Shown here: positions 26,709-36,991 of the stretch, one piece after another | How the letters are laid out: each line of letters begins with the position of its first letter | Position numbering within the stretch: position 1 is the first letter of the stretch | From: an uncultured virus (IMG/VR IMGVR_UViG_3300014205_009245) | Lineage: Duplodnaviria > Heunggongvirae > Uroviricota > Caudoviricetes | DNA: 64,000 bases | IMG/VR virus record: IMGVR_UViG_3300014205_009245 | Direction: 5' to 3' (one strand) | Translations under genes and position numbers: made by a program | The notes under the pieces: generated by a model | The model's database searches: none | Told to the model about the DNA's origin: nothing | The model's input: the letters and a program-made list of their open reading frames with translations, nothing else

Positions 26709-28403
26709 TTATTTTACTGCGGATATATGCGATGCATACCATTTATAAGTTCGCGAAATTCCCTCCTCTAATGATATTTGTGGAACAATTCCCATTGACC
26801 TAGCATAAGAAATATCTATATATCGCTCAGGAATCATCGATGGTTTATTTGAATTAAATTCAACATTCGGGTGAAATTCTGAAGTATTAAAGATATATTC
26901 CAATATCTGCTTAATACTGTATGACTCTCCCCCGGCAATATTAATAGTAGAACATGAATTTATATCTGTAATTGTCTTTATTATTCCATCCACTAAATCT
27001 CCGACGTATATAAAATCTTTGACATCTTTGCCATCGCCCCATACTTCAAATGGGTCTTGCCTCTCGAACGCTTTGCGTATTAATGACGGAATTACATGAG
27101 CCGTTTCATACTCAAAATCATCATACTCACCATAACAGTTTCCTGGTCGTATTACAATAGTATTCATCGGATTCCGAATTTTGCTTGCATACATATTACA
27201 CATTATTTCTGTAAATCTCTTCATCCATCCTACACAATAATATTTTTCAAACATATCTCCGTCGCAATCAGATTCTTTCATCGCATGATTACCCGGTGGA
27301 TACACCGTATTAGAACTAAGAAATATAAATTTTTTAACCCCACATTTATAAGCAGCCTCTAGCATGAGGGAATTCATAATAACATTAGGAGTGACATGTG
27401 AAAGCGGATTCTGTTCTATTACAGCTGCACCAGATGTGTTCGCGGCGCACATTACGACACAATCTATATTTTCGCATGCTTTTAAGCAATCTGCCTGGTT
27501 TCTCAGATCACATCTATAATAATTAATTCGGCCATCATTCACTTGCGGCGGATTGTTATGAATGGTAGATCTAATTCTGAAATTGGGAATTTGTATCAGT
27601 TTACACAGCAAATTAGACGCTATAAAACCCGCGCCACCTGCCACTAAAATTCTCATATCCCCCCTTTTGGAATCAATAGAATCCACGGTTTCGGCCATAT
27701 CCTTTTCCGACAAAGTATCGTCAATTTTTCTCGCTAGTTCAAAATATTCCGGTGCGGTAAGTGCCGACTTCTCGTATTCTAAAATTCCCCCTCGTTTTCT
27801 ATCAGATTTTTTCGTAGTCTTTACAACTACTATATCATCGAATATTTTGACTTTAGAGTTATACCCGGTATATTTTGTGTACAAGAAAGAGAGTATTCCA
27901 CGTATAAAAATGTCAATTTGAACGCCTTTCTGGGAACAACACCCCAGTTTGTCGTATAGTTTTCTGGAAATAATGGGGCACGCATTCCCGAATAGTCTAC
28001 TTTTTCCTTTTGCTAGTTTACTCGGAGATGATACATATTTCACATACGCCGCATAAATGCCATCCAGCGACCCTAGTGATAATAATCTATTGGCCCAATC
28101 ACCAAATACAATATTAATGTCATCACTCATCATCCACAGGGTTTCTCCATGAGATGCTTTTATCATTTCATCACAAAACCTTGGCATATCCAAGTATCCC
28201 TTGCCTCTCTTTGACTTAACAATCACAAATGGGAACCTGTTATTCTGCAATATTTTTTTAACATACTTTTCGTCATTAGTGTCTGCATCTATTTTTATAA
28301 CAAACTCTACTTGGTCCTTTCTAGAACAGAAAATTGAAAATGAGTTCACACATCGTTCAAATTGCTCGCGAGATTCTCGAACTGGTATTAAAACTGATAT
28401 CAT
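26709..28403 (-). CDS. fusion of a GT2-like domain and an NAD-dependent epimerase/reductase (GDP-fucose synthase-like)
   Basis: N-half SVLIPVR...MSDDI; C-half MRILVAGGAGFIAS, CAANTSG, YCVGWMK, HVIPSLI, VWGDG. Confidence 0.85.
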   Translation of the reverse strand: MISVLIPVRESREQFERCVNSFSIFCSRKDQVEFVIKIDADTNDEKYVKKILQNNRFPFVIVKSKRGKGYLDMPRFCDEMIKASHGETLWMMSDDINIVFGDWANRLLSLGSLDGIYAAYVKYVSSPSKLAKGKSRLFGNACPIISRKLYDKLGCCSQKGVQIDIFIRGILSFLYTKYTGYNSKVKIFDDIVVVKTTKKSDRKRGGILEYEKSALTAPEYFELARKIDDTLSEKDMAETVDSIDSKRGDMRILVAGGAGFIASNLLCKLIQIPNFRIRSTIHNNPPQVNDGRINYYRCDLRNQADCLKACENIDCVVMCAANTSGAAVIEQNPLSHVTPNVIMNSLMLEAAYKCGVKKFIFLSSNTVYPPGNHAMKESDCDGDMFEKYYCVGWMKRFTEIMCNMYASKIRNPMNTIVIRPGNCYGEYDDFEYETAHVIPSLIRKAFERQDPFEVWGDGKDVKDFIYVGDLVDGIIKTITDINSCSTINIAGGESYSIKQILEYIFNTSEFHPNVEFNSNKPSMIPERYIDISYARSMGIVPQISLEEGISRTYKWYASHISAVK

Positions 28404-29764
28404 AAATTTCTGCTCCTGTCTAATTTTTGGCTTATCAGCAAATCAAATTTATTTCTAAAAAATATTAGTTCTTCCATAGTCATGTTATATGGTTTCACAA
28501 AGAATTGTTTATTTCCAGTGAAATACGCATCTGGATTTCTCCAGAGATCTTCAACATTAACACCTACAATAATATTATCTCTAATACATTGATCAAACAA
28601 TTTAGTGCCAGGAAATGGAACCACATTTGTTACTATGGGTTTATCGATATCCATTATTTCTATCATTTCATATGTTTTTTGCAGTGTTTCACGCGTATCC
28701 TCTGGCATGCCCATAATAAAAAATGTCCTGATATATAAATCATGATATTTTTTACACATGTTTACTACGCTGTATATTTTTTCTGTACTCAAATTTTTCC
28801 CCATTATCTTGTTTCTAATATACTCAGACCCATGTTCTATTGCCAACGACACTCTGACAAGGCCACTAGAAACCAAAGCTTCAACCACTTCTTCATCAAG
28901 ACTATTAACGTGAACTCCATTGGGTGTATCAAACTGAATATTTAATTTTCGCTTCTTTATTTCTGAGCAAATAGTAAGGATATGTCTCCTGTCCAAATTA
29001 ACATTATCATCGTAAAAGGAAAAATATCTATGATCATATTCATTGTATAAATATTCTATTTCATTGACAACATCATATGGATTCCTTTTTCTAATTTTTT
29101 TACCCATTAATATATACATAGAGCAGAAATTACATTGCATTGGGCAGCTTCTGCTTGATATTATCGGTAAAGATGTGTTTATGTTTAACCTTTTAGGATT
29201 GTGCCAATTGGACGTATCATAGTAGTAATTTTTAATGTTAATACACTTATAGTCTGGCCAGGGAAGATCGGATACGTTTTCGATATATTTAGTCTTAGTA
29301 TTTACCACCACATCGTTGTTATGTGCGCGATATACTATCCCATTTATTTGTTGAATTATATTTATATCATTTTTTTGAATGTAGTTACATAACTTTAGCA
29401 GGGATATTTCTCCCTCGCCCAATATTATATAGTCTATTTCTGGACAGTTTTTCATAATATCTTTATAGTATATTGTGGGATGTATTCCCCCAATAACAAC
29501 CGGAACATTAGCGTAAGCTTTTACTTGTCTTGCGTTATCAAGAGTTTCGGTTATATGCCCAGAAAAACAACATCCGATCCCAACTAAGTCCGGAACAAAG
29601 TCCATGAGACATTCTTTAACACTAATATTCTCTACATTGTGATCCAAAATTTTTACGCAGATATTGTTCTTTTTAAGAGTGGATACCAAATAGAGCAACC
29701 CTATCGGCGCAACCAGGGGCTGCCCGGGAAGATTCATCTTATTATTTATCAATAGCACTTTCAT
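28400..29764 (-). CDS. B12-binding radical SAM protein
   Basis: PIGLLYL, GGIHPT, LGEGE, SRSCPMQCNFC, FYDDN, PFPGT; start reassigned to MKVLLIN (GGAG RBS). Confidence 0.92.
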   Translation of the reverse strand: MKVLLINNKMNLPGQPLVAPIGLLYLVSTLKKNNICVKILDHNVENISVKECLMDFVPDLVGIGCCFSGHITETLDNARQVKAYANVPVVIGGIHPTIYYKDIMKNCPEIDYIILGEGEISLLKLCNYIQKNDINIIQQINGIVYRAHNNDVVVNTKTKYIENVSDLPWPDYKCINIKNYYYDTSNWHNPKRLNINTSLPIISSRSCPMQCNFCSMYILMGKKIRKRNPYDVVNEIEYLYNEYDHRYFSFYDDNVNLDRRHILTICSEIKKRKLNIQFDTPNGVHVNSLDEEVVEALVSSGLVRVSLAIEHGSEYIRNKIMGKNLSTEKIYSVVNMCKKYHDLYIRTFFIMGMPEDTRETLQKTYEMIEIMDIDKPIVTNVVPFPGTKLFDQCIRDNIIVGVNVEDLWRNPDAYFTGNKQFFVKPYNMTMEELIFFRNKFDLLISQKLDRSRNL

Positions 29765-30599
29765 TTTTCGCTCCCTGCGAGACAATAAGGAATGTTTCAT
29801 CGGATTCAAACAGCTCATCGACCATAATTTGGATAAGACGCCCATCTTCCATCTTCCATTTCTTTTTGCACAACATAGAGTCTTCCCGAGATGCAATTTT
29901 TGATGAATAAGTTGGATTTATTATTACATGCGAACGCCATTCAAAAACCCGAGCATCTAAACAATATTTCACAGTTGCACCATTTTTTATGGCTCTGAGA
30001 AATAAATCACGCTCTGCGTTTCTTTTAATAAATCTGCGATCATATCCTCCTAACTCACAAAAGAATTTTCTACTCATAACAGAACATCCCGTCGGCAGTT
30101 GGATCCCAAATTCTTTCATTTTACTATCAAAATTTTGCCACATTGAAGAATCTATATTTTCTAATTGAGTATCCATGAAAGTGATGCGAGAATATTCTTC
30201 AAGCGTAATGTATTTATGAGGTTGAAACCAACTCAGGGAAACAATTGTTTTATAGTCACTGGAATCTTTATACATTGCATAAGATTTATCCCATGCATAT
30301 GGAGAGAATGTCGCATCATCACCTGTTATACTTACTGTTTCACCTTTCGCAGCATTCATCCCAATCTGCCAACATTGAACAGGACTGACTGAAGTAGTTA
30401 TAAATTTGAAAGGAATTCGAATATCCGCACTATCCACAAGAATGTTATTATATCCATCAGAAAAAATGTTTACCGGGCCAACAAAAATTATTTCAATATT
30501 GAGATTTGTTTTTATGGAGCTACACATTTCAATACAAGTTTCCCGAGACCTTGCCGTGGGACAGACCAAACTGAGATCCGTGCCGGTATTAGATGTCAT
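29742..30599 (-). CDS. glycosyltransferase family 2-like, paralogue of 25893-26696
   Basis: LSLVCPTAR, ITGDD, QLPTGCSVM, ELGGYDRRF, DLFLR. Confidence 0.75.
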   Translation of the reverse strand: MTSNTGTDLSLVCPTARSRETCIEMCSSIKTNLNIEIIFVGPVNIFSDGYNNILVDSADIRIPFKFITTSVSPVQCWQIGMNAAKGETVSITGDDATFSPYAWDKSYAMYKDSSDYKTIVSLSWFQPHKYITLEEYSRITFMDTQLENIDSSMWQNFDSKMKEFGIQLPTGCSVMSRKFFCELGGYDRRFIKRNAERDLFLRAIKNGATVKYCLDARVFEWRSHVIINPTYSSKIASREDSMLCKKKWKMEDGRLIQIMVDELFESDETFLIVSQGAKNESAIDK

Positions 30600-31099
30600 C
30601 TGTCCCTTTCTGAGAGAATAGGATTATCTATTGGCCAAGTTATGCCAAACCTCGGATCATTCCACTTATATGTAAATTGTCCGCTCTTATTATAATACGT
30701 AGATTGTTTATAGTGGAAAACAGATATATCACTTAAAGTTAATATGGAGTTTCCGAATTTCGGCGGTAAAAGTACTTGTCTGTAGTTTTTATCAGATATA
30801 ATGAATGAATCCCATTTTCCAAAGTCCTTAGAATCGACATCGCAATTAACTACAACTAAATATATTCTACCACTCAAACAAGACACAAGCTTCCATGTAT
30901 TTGAATCTCCATGTATACCCTTTAAAACATGTTTAGCAGAAATAGATATGTCATCTTGTACAAAATGCACATCTATGCCATTAATTTGATACTCATTTTC
31001 ATTATATATTTCTATATATTCTCCCCGATAGTCCTCAAAAACATGCGGTTCAATAACAAAAAGGCCAGAATCAGTTTTTTTTATATTCATGATATGCAC
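30596..31099 (-). CDS. rfbC: NDP-4-keto-6-deoxyhexose 3,5-epimerase (RmlC/RfbC cupin)
   Basis: FEDYRG, FVQDDIS.S, LKGIHG, KLVSC, KWNDP.FGITWP, ILSERD. Confidence 0.9.
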   Translation of the reverse strand: MHIMNIKKTDSGLFVIEPHVFEDYRGEYIEIYNENEYQINGIDVHFVQDDISISAKHVLKGIHGDSNTWKLVSCLSGRIYLVVVNCDVDSKDFGKWDSFIISDKNYRQVLLPPKFGNSILTLSDISVFHYKQSTYYNKSGQFTYKWNDPRFGITWPIDNPILSERDR

Positions 31100-31146
31100 T
31101 CCTAACCTAAAACTATAGTATTATACCGACGACAGAGGACAACTCA

Positions 31147-31881
31147 GTGAATACAGAGAATTACTTGTTTATGGTTCCATTAATTAGTATTTTTAGCGCG
31201 GCAATATATACAAAATACTGGGAAAACACATATAAAACCCTGTCAAACAGCCAAATTGACTTTGAAATAGTATATGCAGGGCACGTTGTTCCACAAATAT
31301 CTCTGCCTCCAAACTTTAAATTTATACGAACCGATGCAAATCCAGCCAGAGCTGCCCATATGGCATTTTCTCAAACTATAGGTAAATACGTAATTCATAT
31401 GGTGGATGACCTTGTTCCGCAGGAAGATTTCTTACAAAAAATGTTACAAAGCATGCTCGAATCAGACGAACAGCATACCATAATAACGGGGAATTATAAG
31501 AAAAAGGACACAAATCCCCTCATGCCCATAACACCTCCGGGTTTTGGGATAATGCCCATCACAATGATGATTACTAAAACTTTATTTATAAATCTGGGAG
31601 GATTTGACCGCAGATTCATTAATACCGGATGGGAAGCCGATATTGCTCTCAGACTATTTTATAAAAATGGAACGGTTATAAGAAGTTCTGCCTGGCTATA
31701 TGAACATCTCGACAATAAGCGTAATAGATTATCACAAAAAAGTTCAAAAGACTTTGATTTGTGTCAGACATTGTGGCCTAAATGCATAGTAAAAGAGTAT
31801 TGTGATCTAAATGAAGTAAAAAACGGAAGAACAGACAGAATAATGCCTTATACTCCTGAGCGTAAAACTACGGGGTTTTAA
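31147..31881 (+). CDS. glycosyltransferase family 2-like; C-terminus now runs into the IS left end
   Basis: HMVDD, NLGGFDRRF, DIALR; related to 25893 and 29742. Confidence 0.7.
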   Translation: MNTENYLFMVPLISIFSAAIYTKYWENTYKTLSNSQIDFEIVYAGHVVPQISLPPNFKFIRTDANPARAAHMAFSQTIGKYVIHMVDDLVPQEDFLQKMLQSMLESDEQHTIITGNYKKKDTNPLMPITPPGFGIMPITMMITKTLFINLGGFDRRFINTGWEADIALRLFYKNGTVIRSSAWLYEHLDNKRNRLSQKSSKDFDLCQTLWPKCIVKEYCDLNEVKNGRTDRIMPYTPERKTTGF

Positions 31882-33164
31882 CCCCTGTAGATATAAGCGA
31901 ACTTTTAAATTTCTTACGAGGAATTATACTCAATTTCCTTGTATAATTCAATAGAAATGCCAATGAAATCTTTTAAATACAGGCTTTATCCCACTCGAAA
32001 ACAAGAGCAACTACTTATAAACACTCTAAATACTTGTAGGCACACATATAACGATGCACTTGAACAAAGAAAAGAGGCTTATCAAAACACTCAAAAAACT
32101 TTAACTTATAACCAGCAGGCGAACAACTTAGCTAAAAATAAGAATCATTACCAGTCTCAAGTTTATTCTCAGGTGCTACAAAACGTTCTTAAAAGGCTCG
32201 ATAAATCTTATAAAAGATTTTTCGATCGATGCAAACAGGGAACAAAAAAAGCAGGATTTCCACGCTTTAAGAGTTTTAATAGATATCGTTCTTTTACTTA
32301 TCCTCAGTTGGGCTTTAGAATTACATCAAATAATAAAAGAGTAGAACTTTCTAAAATTGGTTGTGTTAAGATGGTTTATAGTAGGCCAATTTTAGGAGAT
32401 ATAAAAACGTGCCAAGTGGTACGAGATGTAGATCATTGGTACGTTATCTTTGCTTGTGATATAGAGCAAGAATTTATCATACATTCTAATCCTGGTTCTG
32501 TTGTAGGAATAGATGTAGGGATTAAAACTTTATGTGCTTTATCTACTGGAGAAACTATAGAGAATCCTAAGTTCTTAAAGAAAACAGAACATTCACTCGC
32601 AAGAACACAGAGAACTTTTTCAAGAAAACCCACAAAGACTAGCAACAGAAGGAACAAGCAACGAATCAAAGTAGCACGTCTACACAGAAAAATACGATTT
32701 CAAAGAGATGATTATTTACACAAAGCGTCTTCTTGTCTAGCAAAGAGCTTTGAAACCATAGTTTTTGAAGATTTAACAGTTTCTAATATGGTTAAAAACC
32801 ATAAGTTAGCTAAAAGCATAAGTGACTGTTCTTGGAATAAATTAGTTCAATACACTACCTACAAGGCTGAGAGTGCCGGTGGGAAAGTGGAGCTAGTTAA
32901 TCCCAAGAATACCAGCCAATTATGTAGCTCTTGTGGTTCGATGGTTAGGAAAGATTTAAGTGTTAGAATACATAAATGCCCTTGTTGTGGGGACGTAGAA
33001 GACAGAGACTTAAATGCTAGCAAAAATATTTTAAATAGATATACCGTAGGGCTTGCGGGAATAAACGCTCTAGGAGAACAATCCTCTACTTTGCTAGAAA
33101 TGGCGGGGCAAGAATGTTCAGTGATTAGAGAATCTGTGGGACTTTAGTCCCTGCGGAGTGTCAA
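31852..33164 (+). mobile_element. IS200/IS605-family element with solo tnpB (IS1341-like)
   Basis: Similar subterminal hairpins ctacggggttttaacccctgtag (31868-31890) and tctgtgggactttagtccctgcgga (33133-33157); right end TCAA; TTAT immediately 5'; no tnpA. Confidence 0.85.
31963..33147 (+). CDS. tnpB: RNA-guided endonuclease TnpB
   Basis: KYRLYPT HTH, GIDVGI (RuvC-I), VFEDL (RuvC-II), TSQLCSSCG..CPCCG zinc finger, DRDLNASKNI (RuvC-III); all catalytic residues present. Confidence 0.96.
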   Translation: MKSFKYRLYPTRKQEQLLINTLNTCRHTYNDALEQRKEAYQNTQKTLTYNQQANNLAKNKNHYQSQVYSQVLQNVLKRLDKSYKRFFDRCKQGTKKAGFPRFKSFNRYRSFTYPQLGFRITSNNKRVELSKIGCVKMVYSRPILGDIKTCQVVRDVDHWYVIFACDIEQEFIIHSNPGSVVGIDVGIKTLCALSTGETIENPKFLKKTEHSLARTQRTFSRKPTKTSNRRNKQRIKVARLHRKIRFQRDDYLHKASSCLAKSFETIVFEDLTVSNMVKNHKLAKSISDCSWNKLVQYTTYKAESAGGKVELVNPKNTSQLCSSCGSMVRKDLSVRIHKCPCCGDVEDRDLNASKNILNRYTVGLAGINALGEQSSTLLEMAGQECSVIRESVGL

Positions 33165-34156
33165 TTGAAATAATTCTTCTTATCACAATAATCAGTAGGA
33201 TTATTGGTAAACCAATCCCAGGTTTCCATCAGTCCTTCTTTAAGAGTAGTTGTGGGATTATACCCCAGCGTAGCTCTTGCTAAATTAATATTCATTATGC
33301 GTTTCGGAAAACCTGATGGTTTTGTGGAATCAAATACATAATTGAAATCAATAAAACTTCTTAAAGTCTCCACTAGCTCTTTGATTGAGTATCCAATACC
33401 ACTTCCCAGATTAACATATTTAGAGCGAGTTCCGTAATAAAGAGCAAGCACTATCCCCTCTGCTACATCTTTACTGTATGCGAAATCTCTGATAGCACTT
33501 CCATCTCCCCATATAATTACGGGGTCTTCCTTATTTAGAATGCGATGCATTAATGTTGGAATTACCATTGCATTTTCAGGATCAAAATTATCTCCAGGGC
33601 CATAAATATTGGCCGGTCTTACAATGGCGTAATTATCTAATCCATATTGAATTTTATACGCAAGAATTTGTTGTTCTGCTACTCGTTTGGCCAAACCAGG
33701 AAATTCATCCATCGGTGGCCCATCTTCGTTTTCGCCTTCCACAAAAATTTCTGCGCTACTATATGCCCCCACCGAGCTAGTATACACCAATTTCTTAACA
33801 TTATTAATTCTTGCCGACTCAAGCATGTTTGTGTTCATCATAAGAAGAGGAACAAAAAAACTTGCTGGTTTTTCTTTTGTGACTTTGACTGAGCCTTTTA
33901 CACCAGCAATATGAAATACAAAATCAATATCCCGAGTAATCAATTTACAAAAATTAAAATCCGATAAATCACCGACGATGTGTTCGGCCTTATCGTGAAC
34001 TTTATTTTTGTCAAGAGACACTATTCTGACAATAGCACCGGCATTAATAAGTATGCGAGTGATCTGTCTTCCGATCAGTCCCGTTCCCCCAGTAATCAGT
34101 GCTGTTTTCCCTGCAAAACTATCCAAAACATCGATATTTATCATTTTGGTCTCCAA
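33161..34156 (-). CDS. NAD-dependent epimerase/reductase (GDP-L-fucose synthase-like)
   Basis: TGGTGLIG, RPANIYGPGDNFD, VIPTL, WGDGSAIRDF. Confidence 0.9.
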   Translation of the reverse strand: METKMINIDVLDSFAGKTALITGGTGLIGRQITRILINAGAIVRIVSLDKNKVHDKAEHIVGDLSDFNFCKLITRDIDFVFHIAGVKGSVKVTKEKPASFFVPLLMMNTNMLESARINNVKKLVYTSSVGAYSSAEIFVEGENEDGPPMDEFPGLAKRVAEQQILAYKIQYGLDNYAIVRPANIYGPGDNFDPENAMVIPTLMHRILNKEDPVIIWGDGSAIRDFAYSKDVAEGIVLALYYGTRSKYVNLGSGIGYSIKELVETLRSFIDFNYVFDSTKPSGFPKRIMNINLARATLGYNPTTTLKEGLMETWDWFTNNPTDYCDKKNYFN

Positions 34157-35055
34157 ATTAGTTGCATATATCCTTCCGACCTCAGACTCCCAAATTGCAT
34201 TCTATGAACTTTTGTCAATTCAATTTTATTATTCCGACATAAATCTTGTAGATATGGCAATAATCCAGACACATAGTCTCTTTGTTTATGAAAACATATT
34301 GCAGTGTAATCTATTATGCTAGTTGGATTATATAGTTCGACAATTGGCTCGATATGCACACATAATTTTGGATTGCTCTCCAATACAAAATTAATAAAAT
34401 TTCGAAAACTGTTTGATAATTGTTCTATAGAACAAAATGTAAAAACACAGGAATTGTCATCCACAGAAATAGAAGATGGACGTGTCATATCAAATATGAA
34501 TCCTTTAATATTTGGATTCGTATCTGACAGCATATTGATTATGTCAATAGATGATTGCACAAAATCATACCCAAATAATTTTTTTTGGGGAAATATTTCA
34601 GAAAGAAAAGATATGTTAATACCACTTCCACAACCAAATTCATGAATAGATGTGCAATCGCCCATATACTTATGGAAAATCCACTTCTGTATTAATCTTA
34701 CATAATTCAATTCAAAATTAGGATCCTCAGTAAATACAAATTCCCCTTTTAACCTTATTGGCTGTTTGGGTCTGATAAACTTTGGAATAATATTCTTCAC
34801 ATCTCTAGTTCTCTTATACGCTTCTAAATTTTCTCTCCACCCATTTTCCCATCTAGTGATTCTATTATTATCTCCAGTTTTTTGAACATCTTGTTTTAAA
34901 AATTCTAAAACTTCGATAATTAGTTTATCTCTGTCGGCACCAGTGGCAACATTGTATGACCAATTGTGCGAATTGTATAGGGATATAAATTCGTCATCAA
35001 AATCATATATGCTAGTGCCAAATGAATCTGCTATATCTTCTAATTCCAATATCAA
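34141..35055 (-). CDS. class I SAM-dependent methyltransferase
   Basis: HEFGCGSG, GYDF, FDMT, SIEQL, HIEPIVE. Confidence 0.8.
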   Translation of the reverse strand: MILELEDIADSFGTSIYDFDDEFISLYNSHNWSYNVATGADRDKLIIEVLEFLKQDVQKTGDNNRITRWENGWRENLEAYKRTRDVKNIIPKFIRPKQPIRLKGEFVFTEDPNFELNYVRLIQKWIFHKYMGDCTSIHEFGCGSGINISFLSEIFPQKKLFGYDFVQSSIDIINMLSDTNPNIKGFIFDMTRPSSISVDDNSCVFTFCSIEQLSNSFRNFINFVLESNPKLCVHIEPIVELYNPTSIIDYTAICFHKQRDYVSGLLPYLQDLCRNNKIELTKVHRMQFGSLRSEGYMQLIWRPK

Positions 35056-36083
35056 CTAATTGTTCCTTGTCTAATCAAAGATGGAATTGTGCAGTCATCC
35101 CCAAATGCCAATCTCCATGCCCAATACCTAACTCTTCCCTCAATAAGTGTATAAGACCCGTCGTTGTTTCTAGATAATTTGATGGGTTTAATATCTCTAC
35201 ATTTTTGCAATCTCTTTGACATTTCCATTGGGCTTGGATAGTAATTTAGGTGATTTTTAATTGCCTCATCTACCGTTTTATAGGTTTTCCTGTTACGATG
35301 ACCACCATCAGCCGGAATGATATCTCGGATATTAACCATTACCTCAGCACTTCCAATTCTATCAAGAAATTCCACATCAGTATCAGATAAGGTAACGCTA
35401 AGAGAAGAAATGTTGTCTTTTATATGTTCGGAATTCTTTGATGCAAATATTGGAATCAGGTTCTTAGACATTTCCCATGACAATACGACAGCCGGAACAC
35501 TAACGTTGTATTTTTCTGCCAGACAATTTAGCTCCTTGTTTTTAGAATCGCATATAATCCCCTGGTCTAAAGAACTATAGCAAAATTTATTTGCAATGGA
35601 TCCGTGAAATAAAACCGGCGAAGCCCACCTGTCGAACAGATTATATTCCATTTGTATACAGTCAATTGGGCCAATATCCAAAAACAAGGACAAGTCGTAG
35701 CGGTTTACGTTGCACAGCCCTATTTGTTTTATCTTTCCACTCTCTTTTAAATCAGACAGAGCCTTGTATGTTTCAGAAAAATCTATATCGTATCGAGGCC
35801 AATGTACATAATAAATATCGATACTATCTGTTTGTAAATTTTTTAAACTACGGTGAGCCGCTTTGATAACATCATTGTACTTACTGTTTTCTGGAGAAAA
35901 TTTCGTAGATATAGCTATCCGATCTCGTATGTCCCTAATCGCGTTGGCAACAATTTTTTCTGACATCCCATAATTTTCCGCAGTATCAACCACGGATACC
36001 CCGAGATCTATGGCATATCGAATTATATCACAATCTGAATTGTTTTGAAACAACGATGTTCCTATGGCAATTTTCTTTGACAT
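35052..36083 (-). CDS. aldo/keto reductase with C-terminal ParB/Srx-like domain
   Basis: DTAENYG.SE, STKF, SLKNLQTDSIDIYYVHWP, GKIKQIGLCN; tail KPIKL....GSYTLIEGRVRYWA. Confidence 0.8.
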   Translation of the reverse strand: MSKKIAIGTSLFQNNSDCDIIRYAIDLGVSVVDTAENYGMSEKIVANAIRDIRDRIAISTKFSPENSKYNDVIKAAHRSLKNLQTDSIDIYYVHWPRYDIDFSETYKALSDLKESGKIKQIGLCNVNRYDLSLFLDIGPIDCIQMEYNLFDRWASPVLFHGSIANKFCYSSLDQGIICDSKNKELNCLAEKYNVSVPAVVLSWEMSKNLIPIFASKNSEHIKDNISSLSVTLSDTDVEFLDRIGSAEVMVNIRDIIPADGGHRNRKTYKTVDEAIKNHLNYYPSPMEMSKRLQKCRDIKPIKLSRNNDGSYTLIEGRVRYWAWRLAFGDDCTIPSLIRQGTIS

Positions 36084-36991
36084 TGTTCCTCTTTGAGTAA
36101 AGCTTTTGTTATTGTTTTTCTAGAAAGACCGTGTTGATCTTGTAGAAACTCCCTGGTTCCGTATTGAATATATTGTCCATCTTCGAGAGCAATAGGTTTA
36201 ACCTGAATGTTACAATCAAGACGGCTAGAAGATTCCAGAACAATAGAATGTAAGCCACCTGTTATTGTATGTTCCTCTATTGTGATGATGCTATTAGAAT
36301 GAGATATTTCATTAATGATCCTATCATCAAAAGGTTTTAGTTTAAAAACATCTATTAAACCTACGTTAATATTTAATTCCCTTATCACATCATGAACAAC
36401 ATGTGTAATACATCCAGTTGAAATAACATTGGTCTTATCTGGTGTAATTATATTACAATATCCATGCTCTAATGCTAGATTTTCATAAATATCAGGAAAA
36501 GCCCCTTTATCCATTCTAACATAAACAGGTGATTTTGAGAAGTATGATATTTCTGCACATTTTTGTGCGGATAATGAGTCGCAGGGATTATAAATTTCGA
36601 TTTCTGGCAATGACCGCATAACAGACACATCTTGTATACTATGGTGTGTTGGCCCATCGGCAGAAAACGACAATCCCGCACCCATGCCTACAATAACAAT
36701 CGGAAGATTCATGCTACAGATATTGACTTTTATTTGCTCATAACATCTAAATGTCACAAAAGACGCAATTCCACAAATAATTACTTTCTTCCCTGTTGAT
36801 GCCAATCCAGCAGCAAAATTTACAATTTGTTGTTCTGCAACTCCGGGATTTATAAACCGATGGGGACATGTTTTCTTAAAATTCCTCAGGCTAAATATAT
36901 CCATATCATCGGTGATAATAATAACACGTTCATCTGCAATGGCATATTCACATATTTTATCAAAAAATGCGTCTCTAATATCAGTTGGCAT
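36062..36991 (-). CDS. transketolase-like protein, C-terminal (pyrimidine-binding) subunit
   Basis: RFINPGVAEQ, RCYEQIK, DGPTHHS..D, PVYVR, IEEH..GGL. Confidence 0.92.
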   Translation of the reverse strand: MPTDIRDAFFDKICEYAIADERVIIITDDMDIFSLRNFKKTCPHRFINPGVAEQQIVNFAAGLASTGKKVIICGIASFVTFRCYEQIKVNICSMNLPIVIVGMGAGLSFSADGPTHHSIQDVSVMRSLPEIEIYNPCDSLSAQKCAEISYFSKSPVYVRMDKGAFPDIYENLALEHGYCNIITPDKTNVISTGCITHVVHDVIRELNINVGLIDVFKLKPFDDRIINEISHSNSIITIEEHTITGGLHSIVLESSSRLDCNIQVKPIALEDGQYIQYGTREFLQDQHGLSRKTITKALLKEEQCQRKLP

